A DNA stretch of 64,000 nt, from the IMG/VR virus record IMGVR_UViG_3300033475_000019; one strand, written 5' to 3'. Below the pieces are notes generated by a model, which was not told the origin of the DNA, ran no database searches, and was given only the letters and a program-made list of their open reading frames with translations. The position numbers and the translations under genes were made by a program. How positions within the stretch are numbered: position 1 is the stretch's first letter; each line of letters starts with the position of its first letter. The stretch is from a virus. Shown piece by piece: positions 51,391 through 60,083 of this stretch.

Positions 51391-52517
51391 CCACGCTTTC
51401 GACGGTTCCGGTCTACGCAGCGCCGAACCGTGATACGCAAGTCATCTTCGCGCTCACTGGAACCGGCGCGAACTTCGTGCGTGTATGGGTCACCGCCGCG
51501 CCGCCCGGCTCCGAGCTCCGCAAGAAGCTGGATGATTCTGGTCTAAGCCGGATACCGTTTTACGAGGGCGACGGCGGCGAGAAGCGCCCGGAGCGCCGCC
51601 GCTTCGACGTTGGCGGAAAGTACACGCTCGTTGCACAGGAGTACACGCGCGGAGCGAGCTCCTATGGTGGCGGCTACCAGCGCTCGCCGGATGGCGCGCC
51701 GAGCGAGACCAAGGTCGGCGGTGAGGCCACCCTCTCACTCTTCATCGGACAGCGCCTAACCTCGGAGATCTCCGTTGGCGCCGACACCGTCACGGTTGTG
51801 CTGTGGGTTTGGGATGCCACGATCCGTGCGACCACCCAAGCCACGCACGGCGAAGTCTCGCCAGCGGTGCTGGCCACTTCAGGCACGACCAAAGCCCTAG
51901 CGGTGATCGAGTCGACGTCGGTGCGCAATGCGCTGATCGACTTGGTTGACGTTGCGGCGGGCACAGCGGTCGGCGACGTCGCGACCGTATTCGCCGATCT
52001 GATCGCAAAGTGGAACGCGCACCTAATCGAGACCGGAATCCACCAGACGGATGACGCCGACAACGGCCTACCGGTGGCGCTCGGCAGTACAGCATCGGCA
52101 AAGGCTTTGGCCGAGGGCGTGACGGAAGCGATCCCGAAGCTGCGTCAGCACTACCTGAATGACGCCGTGATGGGCGGGGTCGCGTCGGGTCGTGACAGCG
52201 CCGACTACCACGAGAAGGCCGGCGTCAAAAAGAACGACAACCGCAACCTGCCTCTCATCGCGGGCGCCTCTGAGCTTTCCGATTCGTACTGGGCCGTAGC
52301 GGACCTATGTCGCTCATACGACGGGCACCGCGCCGCGCTGACTTACCATCTCTTCAGCGACACCGTGAATCTGCTCGCAGATCGACCAGCGTTGATGGCG
52401 CTCGGCGAGGTGGTTCTCTCTGTGCTCGCCTCGACCAGCGCTGTCGCGCCACCGACGCAAAGCTCGGGCGCAATGTGGCTGATCGCTTCTGCCGGCTTCG
52501 CCGAAAAGCCGCTCTGA
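51387..52517 (+). CDS. tail-fibre-region protein
   Basis: 376 aa. Confidence 0.55.
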   Translation: MTTLSTVPVYAAPNRDTQVIFALTGTGANFVRVWVTAAPPGSELRKKLDDSGLSRIPFYEGDGGEKRPERRRFDVGGKYTLVAQEYTRGASSYGGGYQRSPDGAPSETKVGGEATLSLFIGQRLTSEISVGADTVTVVLWVWDATIRATTQATHGEVSPAVLATSGTTKALAVIESTSVRNALIDLVDVAAGTAVGDVATVFADLIAKWNAHLIETGIHQTDDADNGLPVALGSTASAKALAEGVTEAIPKLRQHYLNDAVMGGVASGRDSADYHEKAGVKKNDNRNLPLIAGASELSDSYWAVADLCRSYDGHRAALTYHLFSDTVNLLADRPALMALGEVVLSVLASTSAVAPPTQSSGAMWLIASAGFAEKPL

Positions 52518-52530
52518 AAGTACCGACAAC

Positions 52531-52992
52531 ATGGCAGGAATTACAGCGGCGAGCGCTTCTGCGCCCTCGTTTACGCCGGCCTCCGACAACACGGCATCAG
52601 GCTTCGTGACAGGCGAGCGCGTCACGTTGGGTGTGAATCCATCGGGCACCACGTTCCAGTGGGGTATTGCCCAACCTTCGGCGTCATCGCGGTCGCGTGC
52701 GGGGCTCGATGACACGACATCGGCAGTTCCGACGTTCGTGCCCGACGTTGCCGGCACCTACGCGATCACAGCGCTGGTCGATGGCGTGACCACGTACCAA
52801 CTCCGCATCACCGTGCAGAGCGTCTCGATTGCTGAACCAGTCGAGGCTGTGCGGTTCAGCCCCCGTGGCGACTCGACCATTCCCGCGCCGGCAGCGGGCG
52901 TCACCATGTACTACTCGAGCGACCAGGACGCGCTGTGCGTGAAGGACCCCAACGGCGACGTGTCGACCGTTGACCTGACGGCGGTACCATGA
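52531..52992 (+). CDS. Ig/PKD-like beta-sandwich protein
   Basis: 153 aa. FVPDVAGTYAITALVDG matches the PKD-like motif PDxxGxYxxxLxVxD. Confidence 0.5.
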   Translation: MAGITAASASAPSFTPASDNTASGFVTGERVTLGVNPSGTTFQWGIAQPSASSRSRAGLDDTTSAVPTFVPDVAGTYAITALVDGVTTYQLRITVQSVSIAEPVEAVRFSPRGDSTIPAPAAGVTMYYSSDQDALCVKDPNGDVSTVDLTAVP

Positions 52993-54605
52993 CTCTCAGT
53001 GCTGAATTCAGCGTCAACAGCGATCCGGACGTGCAAGAGCACATCGTCGCTTATGGCGGCTCGGTTGCTCTCGCGGCGCTCTCGCAGAGCTTCACGACGA
53101 TTGCATGGGAGATCTCTTCCGGCAGCAAGAGCGGCGCGACGGCCCCCACAATTACGCTTAGCGGTGCTCCGCTCGGAGTCACTGCCAGCTTTACGCAGGT
53201 CGCGGACCCAGGAGACGGGCTTGGCCGCGCCTGGGTCGTCAAATGCACCCAGACCGACGCCGCTGGCGCCACATCCGTAGCCTACCGCGTTGTCGGCACA
53301 CGGAACGTTAGCTCACTGCTACCGATCTGCGCTGACGAGGGTAACTATCGCGATTCGACGCACGGGTGGTCGCAAGTCATCAATGCTTTGCTCGCGGCCT
53401 CGGGCGGAGGAGCCACGGGCGACGTCACCGGTCCCGGCTCCTCCACCAACGGCGACCTCCCCAGCTTTAACGGCACGACCGGCAAAGTTCTCCAAGACTC
53501 CGGCGTTGCCGCTGCCGACGTCGTCAAGCGCACGGGCACGGTGCCCTTCACGGGCAACCAGAGCATGGGGAGCCACAAGCTCACCAGTGTCACCCAAGGC
53601 ACCGTGTCAGGCGATGCGGTCGCCTACCCCGTAACCAACTCCGAGATCGACGCAGCTGCGGCCATTGCGCTGTCCAAGTTGGCAAGCGGGACGGCTTGCA
53701 GTGTCGTAACGCGCTCTGCCAACTCGACGGGTGCGCTTGGCCTGACTTCGATCGCCAACAACGACGAGGTGCTGATGCGCACCTCGAACGCGCTGACGTC
53801 GGGGAAAATCGCCAACGCGAACGTCTCTTCGTCAGCAGCGATTGACGGTACCAAGATCTCGCCAGACTTCGGCTCGCAGGTCGTTCGCACCACCGGCCAA
53901 TTCGTCGGCGCCACCTCCGGCACACCAACCGCCACGAGTGACGCTGGGAGCTTCGAGAGCTGCACGACCGGCTCGGGCTCGCTCCGCGGTCTTTGCCACC
54001 GGCAAGCCAGCGCAGACGCCAACGGCGCGCGCGTGGTGCTTCAGAAGTGCCGCGGCACGCACGCTTCGCCCTCTGCCCATAGCGCAGACGACCATCTCGG
54101 CTCAATGGTCGCCCGCGGCTATGACGGCGCGTCGTTCTACGACGCCGGCATTCTCCGCTTCGTCGGCGACGCCGCTGGCGGCACCAGCAAGCGCACGCGG
54201 TTCGAGTCGCAGCTCCACAACGGCACGGCGCTCATCACGGGCGAAGTTGGGCTCCAGGCCGTCTCGACCACGACGGACGCGACGCTCACGACCGTCTACT
54301 CCATCTCTGTTGCTGCGGACGCAATCACGTCCATTGCGATTCGCTGGGCCGGAAAACAGAGCGGATCGAGCAACCGCGCCTTTCGCGAGACAACCCTCGC
54401 GGTGCGTCGCAACGGCTCTGGCAACGTCACCGAGTATTCGCATTCCGATGGCGTGTCGCTCCAAAAGGACGACGCGACTTGGGGCGACAGCACGCAGATC
54501 GGCTACGCGCTGAACACCGGCACCCAAGCGGTCGACATCAAGGTTCAGGGCAAGGCTGCAACGACCATCGATTGGACGATCGACGTCGTCTACTCGCACC
54601 GGTAA
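52989..54605 (+). CDS. tail fibre protein
   Basis: 538 aa, Ser/Thr/Gly/Ala-rich. Confidence 0.6.
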   Translation: MTLSAEFSVNSDPDVQEHIVAYGGSVALAALSQSFTTIAWEISSGSKSGATAPTITLSGAPLGVTASFTQVADPGDGLGRAWVVKCTQTDAAGATSVAYRVVGTRNVSSLLPICADEGNYRDSTHGWSQVINALLAASGGGATGDVTGPGSSTNGDLPSFNGTTGKVLQDSGVAAADVVKRTGTVPFTGNQSMGSHKLTSVTQGTVSGDAVAYPVTNSEIDAAAAIALSKLASGTACSVVTRSANSTGALGLTSIANNDEVLMRTSNALTSGKIANANVSSSAAIDGTKISPDFGSQVVRTTGQFVGATSGTPTATSDAGSFESCTTGSGSLRGLCHRQASADANGARVVLQKCRGTHASPSAHSADDHLGSMVARGYDGASFYDAGILRFVGDAAGGTSKRTRFESQLHNGTALITGEVGLQAVSTTTDATLTTVYSISVAADAITSIAIRWAGKQSGSSNRAFRETTLAVRRNGSGNVTEYSHSDGVSLQKDDATWGDSTQIGYALNTGTQAVDIKVQGKAATTIDWTIDVVYSHR

Positions 54606-54611
54606 CGGCGC

Positions 54612-55787
54612 ATGCTGGAGACCGTTTCATCGGCGCCGCGCCGGATTGCGCGGAAGGCCTACAGCTTCGCCTGTATGGGCGCACTGTGGATGCCCGTCAG
54701 CAAGCGCATCGAGCTTTCGCCGCTTGGGCTAAGTCGCGGCCTTGGGCTATCGACTGGGCAGCCTCGCGCGGCGTCGTCGCCAGCATCGATGCTCGACTCG
54801 GCCAGCCTGGTTTGCTGGCTGATCGCTGACCGAGGGCTCGCGCTCAACAGCACGACCGCTGCGACCGGCACAGGAGCCCCGGCGCCGGTCACGCTGAGCG
54901 GCAACCTGAACCAGTCGATCGGGCTGGTGCTCAAGATCTCGGACGTGTCGGGTGGTACGTCGCGCGGCCAAGCAAAGTTCGACGTCTATGTCGACGGCGG
55001 CACGACGCCCTACATCACCGGACTCACGACGGGCGCCAGCGTCTCGCTCACCAACGGCGGCTCGCTCGACCTCGGCATCACGGCGGCGTTCCCCGTCGGT
55101 ACCTATAGCGTCGTCAACGCCCACACGTACACGGCCACCACCGCATCGTGGACCGACCAGATCGCCGGTCACGTCTTCTCAGGTACGGGTGGCGTCACCT
55201 CGAGCCCGCGCCCCATCTGGCAGGGACTGAACAACCGCCCGATCATCACGAGCAACGGCAGCAACAACACGCGCCTTTCGTGCACTGATTCATTCGCCAA
55301 CACGTTCAGTGGCAATGACACGCCGATCACCGTGTTCATGGTGATGAAGTCGAACACCGCGGCGCCTGGCGCTTCGAACCCGTGGCTCAACTTCGGCAAC
55401 ACGGGCGGCGGCACAACCGCCCGCTTTGACTTCGGCGTCACCAATACGCCGGCCTATCGCTCGACGAAGACTGACGACGCCGCGAGCAGCGCGCTCCCAA
55501 GCGGCGGCAGCATCGACACCAGCTTTCACTATTCGAGCTGGAACCAGGCCGGCACCACGATGGCGCTGCGCGTCGACGGCTCCGCGGTGAGCTTGAGCGG
55601 GTCGGGCGCGCAGAACGTCGGCACCTGCACCTTCAACGAGTGCTTGCTCTTTGCGCGCAACACAGCTGGCACGCCCAGCAACAGCATCGATGGGGCCCTC
55701 GCTGAGGTGCTCATCTACTCGGCTTCGCTGAGCGCCGACAGCGTGCTCGAGAAAGAAACCTACCTGAAGTCGCAGTGGCGTCTTTGA
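54612..55787 (+). CDS. LamG/concanavalin-like fibre-associated protein
   Basis: 391 aa. The C-terminal half (PITVFMVMK...FNECLLFAR...ALAEVLIYSASLS) resembles Laminin_G_3 domains. Confidence 0.55.
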   Translation: MLETVSSAPRRIARKAYSFACMGALWMPVSKRIELSPLGLSRGLGLSTGQPRAASSPASMLDSASLVCWLIADRGLALNSTTAATGTGAPAPVTLSGNLNQSIGLVLKISDVSGGTSRGQAKFDVYVDGGTTPYITGLTTGASVSLTNGGSLDLGITAAFPVGTYSVVNAHTYTATTASWTDQIAGHVFSGTGGVTSSPRPIWQGLNNRPIITSNGSNNTRLSCTDSFANTFSGNDTPITVFMVMKSNTAAPGASNPWLNFGNTGGGTTARFDFGVTNTPAYRSTKTDDAASSALPSGGSIDTSFHYSSWNQAGTTMALRVDGSAVSLSGSGAQNVGTCTFNECLLFARNTAGTPSNSIDGALAEVLIYSASLSADSVLEKETYLKSQWRL

Positions 55788-56626
55788 TGCGGTCGCTGCG
55801 GCTGGTGCTCTTGGCGCTGCTGGCCCTCGCCTGCGGGGCCGAGCCTCCCGAACGACACATGACGAATCGACTCGTGCTCTGGATGACGGGGCAATCTAAC
55901 TCCTGGGGTGTCGACCCGGGAGAGGCCTACGTTAACGCGGGGAATCCGGGCACCTATGCGAACGTCGACTATTGGGACACGCTCCTCAGCTCCATCGACT
56001 GCGAAGCATTCCGTCCGCTTGATGGCTCCCACGGCAAAGACCGCACGGTCGGCAGGCTGCTCTACGAAGCGGGCTTCAACCCGGTCATCATCAACATCTC
56101 GAAGGGCTCCACGTACTCGAACCAGTGGATCCCGAATCACCCTTACTATCAGCTGTACATCGCTGAGGTCGCCGAAGTCTATCCGATCCTCGTTGCTCGC
56201 TTTCCCGGCGACACGTTCACGCACATTCACATTCGCGACCAGGGTGAGGAAGAAGCTCGCTACGACACCAGCACTCCCGCGGGCCTCGCAGTTGTGACCA
56301 ATTGGTCTGAAAACTTCGAACTCACCCACGGTGCTCTCCAGAACATCATCGGCCCCGCCGAGCGGATCATCATCCAGACCAACTCGAACATCGTCGGCAA
56401 AACGAGCCCGGGTTTGCTCGAAGGCGAGCAGCTGACCGCGGCAGGCAGCTACCTGCGTTTCGTGGATCGCAACTCTGTCGCGTATGAGATCAACGGCATC
56501 CACATGACGACGCCGGGATACATCTCGTGCGGCACGCTCGTGGCTCAGCAAGTCCAACGCTTGCTCTGGGACAAGTCGAAGCAGAGCCGCTCGCTGCCGA
56601 GTCACACGCTCTCGTTCGGCCTTTAG
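55787..56626 (+). CDS. SASA/GDSL-type carbohydrate O-acetylesterase-like protein
   Basis: LWMTGQSNSWG matches the GQSNMxG catalytic-Ser motif of sialate O-acetylesterase (DUF303) enzymes. ATG 55787 gives the signal peptide MRSLRLVLLALLALAC/G. The alternative ATG 55859 gives a cytoplasmic form. Confidence 0.6.
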   Translation: MRSLRLVLLALLALACGAEPPERHMTNRLVLWMTGQSNSWGVDPGEAYVNAGNPGTYANVDYWDTLLSSIDCEAFRPLDGSHGKDRTVGRLLYEAGFNPVIINISKGSTYSNQWIPNHPYYQLYIAEVAEVYPILVARFPGDTFTHIHIRDQGEEEARYDTSTPAGLAVVTNWSENFELTHGALQNIIGPAERIIIQTNSNIVGKTSPGLLEGEQLTAAGSYLRFVDRNSVAYEINGIHMTTPGYISCGTLVAQQVQRLLWDKSKQSRSLPSHTLSFGL

Positions 56627-56649
56627 CCGCACCACAACAGAAAGTCCTC

Positions 56650-57486
56650 ATGCTCTGGGTTCCCCAAAAGGGCGTGCTTCGCTGCGACCACAACACGGGC
56701 ACGGTCGGCGCAACGACCGTTGGCACCGCCGTCACCACAGGCGCGAGCGCGTCCACCAAAGGTACGCCCGCGCAGCTGATCGCCTCCACGGCGTTCGATG
56801 CCTACTGGATCCGTGTCTGCGCCTCCGCCTACGCATCAAGCGGCGCCGCCAGCGACGGCAGTCTCGACATCATGGTGGGAGCCGCCACCGAAGAGATCAT
56901 CATCCCCGACCTCCTGATGGGCTATTGCGGCGACCCCGTCACGAGCATCGGCGGTATGGCCAAGACCTGGGACTTCCCGCTCTACATCCCAGCCGGCACC
57001 CGCATCTCCGCACAGGCGGCGGGCGTCCGGACCGCGACCGCAATGCGCGTCGCCATCTTCCTGTACGGCGGCGACGGCTACCCGCCCTTCCGTGTCGGCA
57101 GCAAGGTCGTGACCTACGGCATGGGCACCGTCCCGAACGCCACCGCGGTCACGCCGGGCGCATCGGGGGCCGAGGGCTCGTGGACGCAGATCACCGCCAG
57201 CACGAGCGAGAGCCACTTCGCGATCGTGCCGAGCCTGCAGCAGAACAACAACACCAATATGGTGGCCCGTGCGCTCGCCATGGACATCGGCGTGGGCGCG
57301 GCGACCGAAGAAGAGATCTTGCAATCGTCGTGGTGGGGCATCGGCTCCACAGAGACGGTGGCGGGACCGATGAACGGCATGCCGTGCTTCCAAGATATCC
57401 CGGCGGCGACGCGACTAACGGCGCGCATGAGCTGCTCGGGCACCACCAGCGGCACCTACGAGGTCGCCCTCCACGCGGTGAGTTGA
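56650..57486 (+). CDS. two-domain beta protein (internal tandem duplication)
   Basis: ATG 56650; 278 aa. The halves share AVT.GAS...G.W.QI.AST and GAATEE.I blocks. Confidence 0.55.
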   Translation: MLWVPQKGVLRCDHNTGTVGATTVGTAVTTGASASTKGTPAQLIASTAFDAYWIRVCASAYASSGAASDGSLDIMVGAATEEIIIPDLLMGYCGDPVTSIGGMAKTWDFPLYIPAGTRISAQAAGVRTATAMRVAIFLYGGDGYPPFRVGSKVVTYGMGTVPNATAVTPGASGAEGSWTQITASTSESHFAIVPSLQQNNNTNMVARALAMDIGVGAATEEEILQSSWWGIGSTETVAGPMNGMPCFQDIPAATRLTARMSCSGTTSGTYEVALHAVS

Positions 57487-57489
57487 CCC

Positions 57490-58008
57490 ATGCTTCGACG
57501 AGCCCAGCAGCAGACGGTTACGATCATCGCGATCGACACGTCCAACCCACCGGCGCGCAAGAGCGGCCTGACTCTGCTCAACACCGATGTGAAGATCAGC
57601 AAGGATGGCGGCAGCTTCACGAGCGCCACCAACGCGCCCTCCGAGATCGGCTCAACGGGGCGCTATGCCCTCGTCCTGACGGCAGCCGAGACCGACTGCA
57701 TTTGGCTCCACTGGTACGTCGAAAAGACCGGCATGCAGCCCTTCGACAAGGAAGGCTCGACGTCCGGGCACCCGAGCGGCCAGGTGCTCACCGATCCGAG
57801 CAACACGTCGTCCACGTTCAAGACCGACCTCGCCAGCTCGACCACCGACTTTTGGAAGGACACCTTCATGACGTTCACGAGCGGAGCGCTGCTCGGGCAG
57901 ACCAAGAAGGTTACAGGCTACAACGGCTCGACGAAGTTCCTGACCTTCCTCAGCGGCTTCACGGGCACGCCGTCCAACGGCGACAGGTTCGTTTTGGTCA
58001 ACGTGTAG
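57490..58008 (+). CDS. hypothetical beta-rich protein
   Basis: 172 aa. Confidence 0.55.
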   Translation: MLRRAQQQTVTIIAIDTSNPPARKSGLTLLNTDVKISKDGGSFTSATNAPSEIGSTGRYALVLTAAETDCIWLHWYVEKTGMQPFDKEGSTSGHPSGQVLTDPSNTSSTFKTDLASSTTDFWKDTFMTFTSGALLGQTKKVTGYNGSTKFLTFLSGFTGTPSNGDRFVLVNV

Positions 58009-58015
58009 GGGCAGC

Positions 58016-58234
58016 GTGTCGCTACTCCTGCTCGACTCCCAGGACGCCGGCCCCGCGGTGGCGATCGCCGTCGCGGTCGATGTGTCCGGGGACGTCACAG
58101 CATCCGTGACCGTCGTCGAGACCATGACGATGACGATCGCCGTCGACATCACCAACGATCTCTCCGCTTCGGCTCACACGCCTTTCATCGTCCCTGAACC
58201 CGGCTGCGTGCGCGTAGCCATCATCACGCACTGA
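58016..58234 (+). CDS. repeat-motif protein (short paralogue)
   Basis: GTG after AGGGG; 72 aa. AVDVSGDVTASVTV / AVDITNDLSASA repeats; ends in PFIVPEP. Confidence 0.45.
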   Translation: MSLLLLDSQDAGPAVAIAVAVDVSGDVTASVTVVETMTMTIAVDITNDLSASAHTPFIVPEPGCVRVAIITH

Positions 58235-58288
58235 CCACTACAGGACGTTCGCGGCGAAGGCCGAGGTGCGTCCGGAAAGCACGATCTC

Positions 58289-58699
58289 ATGGCTAGGTTT
58301 GCCGTCGAGCGCCGAAGCGAAGCGCTCGTCACCCTCATCGACAACGCCAACTCGGGCAAGCTCCGCGTCTACTCGGGCACGCGCCCCGCCACCGCCAACA
58401 CGGCGCTCTCGGGCAACACGCTCTTGGCTGAGCTCACCCTGGGCGCGACGTCATACACCGAAAGCGGCGGCGTCCTGACGGCCAGCGCCATCGCGTCGGA
58501 CTCCTCGGCAGATGCCAGTGGCACCGCGTCGTTCGTGCGCATTGTCGAATCGAACGGCACCACGCCCGTTGTCGATCTCGGGGTGACGACGTCGAGCCCA
58601 TCGAGCGGAAATGAGTGCCAATTGAACACTCTCAGCATCGTCGCTGGCGCAGTCGTCTCCTGCACGGCCATGACGATCACCTGGGGCGTTGGGGCCTGA
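58289..58699 (+). CDS. hypothetical beta-rich protein
   Basis: 136 aa. Confidence 0.5.
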   Translation: MARFAVERRSEALVTLIDNANSGKLRVYSGTRPATANTALSGNTLLAELTLGATSYTESGGVLTASAIASDSSADASGTASFVRIVESNGTTPVVDLGVTTSSPSSGNECQLNTLSIVAGAVVSCTAMTITWGVGA

Positions 58700-58702
58700 G
58701 CG

Positions 58703-59047
58703 ATGGCCATCACGCAGACGCCCCAAACGGCCCTGTCCGTTTCGACCACGGAGCTGAGCCTGCTCAGCGGTACGTCGTCACTGCAGGCCGACACAACCGC
58801 GTGCGTCATGCAGGCGTTTATCGACATCTCGAACATGGCCAAAGGCGACGAGTTCGTCGTGAAGGTCTATGAGACTGCGCGTGCCAGCGGGACCAAGCGT
58901 CTGCTGTTCAAAGCGGTTCTGAGCGACGCCCAGAGCGAGCTTTTCTGCACGCCGCCCATCACCGTCGTCAACGGGTGGGACGTGACCATGACCAAAACCG
59001 CGGGCACGGACCGGGCGTTCGACACCAGCGTGCGGAAAGTGGCCTAG
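58703..59047 (+). CDS. hypothetical protein
   Basis: 114 aa. Confidence 0.5.
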   Translation: MAITQTPQTALSVSTTELSLLSGTSSLQADTTACVMQAFIDISNMAKGDEFVVKVYETARASGTKRLLFKAVLSDAQSELFCTPPITVVNGWDVTMTKTAGTDRAFDTSVRKVA

Positions 59048-59050
59048 CGC

Positions 59051-59446
59051 ATGGCGGCGTTTGCCTGGTACAGCGGCGCGGCGGCGTCCGCGAACCTGCT
59101 CGCCAACAACGCCGTCTCGCTATCCGCGGCCGTCGACATCTCCGACGACGTCACGGCATCGGTCACGCTTTCCGAGTCAATCCCCGCGACGATCGCCGTT
59201 GATGTAGCGGACGACGTCGCGGTTTCCGTTCTGCTGCAGAGCGCAATCGAGGTCACCTTCACGGCGGCCATCGATCTCTCGGACGAGGTCATTGCCAGCG
59301 CCACCCTGCAGATGTCGGTGCCGGTATTCGCTGCCATCGCGATCGACCTGACCGTCGACGTAGGCGCCAACGTCCAGCTCCAGTCCGGCGCCGTCTTCAT
59401 CATCCCGAACGAGCTCAATCCTCGCATCGCGGTCGTCCCACCATGA
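59051..59446 (+). CDS. repeat-motif protein (long paralogue)
   Basis: 131 aa. Four to five copies of A[VI]D[VIL][ST]D[DE]V.ASVT-like units; ends in VFIIPNE. Confidence 0.5.
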   Translation: MAAFAWYSGAAASANLLANNAVSLSAAVDISDDVTASVTLSESIPATIAVDVADDVAVSVLLQSAIEVTFTAAIDLSDEVIASATLQMSVPVFAAIAIDLTVDVGANVQLQSGAVFIIPNELNPRIAVVPP

Positions 59447-59754
59447 CGTGCTCAATCCGTTCGTGGCCTTCCAAAGACCCACAGTCCAACCTGCCTTATT
59501 GGTTCGATTGGACGCGCTGGCTGGCGATCGAAGACCGCGGGGAGATCGACACGTTCGAGCTGGCGATCGATGAGGGCGACGCGGCGCTCGTGATCGGGGA
59601 CTCGGCGCGGGGCGATGGCGCGTACGCCGGCTTCATCATGCTGTGGCTGTCTGGCGGAACCGAGGGAGCTGAGTACGTCGTGCGCTGCCGCGTCACGCTC
59701 GGCGACGGCTCGATCGAAGACGGTAGCCGCCGGTTGACGATCTGCAGCCACTAG
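59443..59754 (+). CDS. conserved-looking phage protein
   Basis: 103 aa. The N-terminal KDPQSNLPYWFDWTRWL pattern recurs in phage structural-region proteins (from memory). Confidence 0.5.
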   Translation: MTCSIRSWPSKDPQSNLPYWFDWTRWLAIEDRGEIDTFELAIDEGDAALVIGDSARGDGAYAGFIMLWLSGGTEGAEYVVRCRVTLGDGSIEDGSRRLTICSH

Positions 59755-59993
59755 TCGGCGGCCATCGCCGCCCTGTAGTGCTCAGCGACGCGCCCCTTCT
59801 CCGCTTCGCTCATCCCCGGATCCGCCAGCGTCTCTTCGAGCTCCGCCCTGGCAATCCCCGCGCTCTGCCCCATCGTCAAGATCACGAGACCCGGCGTCGG
59901 CGCCCGCGTCACCTTGCGCGGTTCGGCGCAGCAAGCGGCCCAGTCGCAGAGCATCCACGGGGTGCCGTCGTGGCAGGGACAGCGGCAAGGCAT
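59751..59993 (-). CDS. Cys-rich hypothetical protein (antisense to the late operon)
   Basis: 80 aa; MPCRCPCHDGTPWMLCDWAACC. Convergent with the ORF at 59443. Confidence 0.35.
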   Translation of the reverse strand: MPCRCPCHDGTPWMLCDWAACCAEPRKVTRAPTPGLVILTMGQSAGIARAELEETLADPGMSEAEKGRVAEHYRAAMAAD

Positions 59994-60010
59994 GGCGCGA
60001 GCCTAACACA

Positions 60011-60072
60011 CCACCCCGCCGCTCGCTGCTTCCTCCTCCCAAGGTGGAGAGCGGTGGCGGTGGAGCTTTTTT
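60011..60072 (+). terminator. imperfect long hairpin plus T6 between the tail and lysis modules
   Basis: CCACCCCGCCGCTC...GAGCGGTGGCGGTGG followed by TTTTTT (60067-60072), then AGGAG and TTG 60084. Confidence 0.4.
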
Positions 60073-60083
60073 AGGAGACCACA

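Noticed and set aside
58077-59240. Diversity-generating retroelement (TR/VR pair) suggested by similar segments in the ORFs at 58016 and 59051
   Set aside because: Mismatches between the two copies are not adenine-specific, and no reverse transcriptase gene exists in the window.
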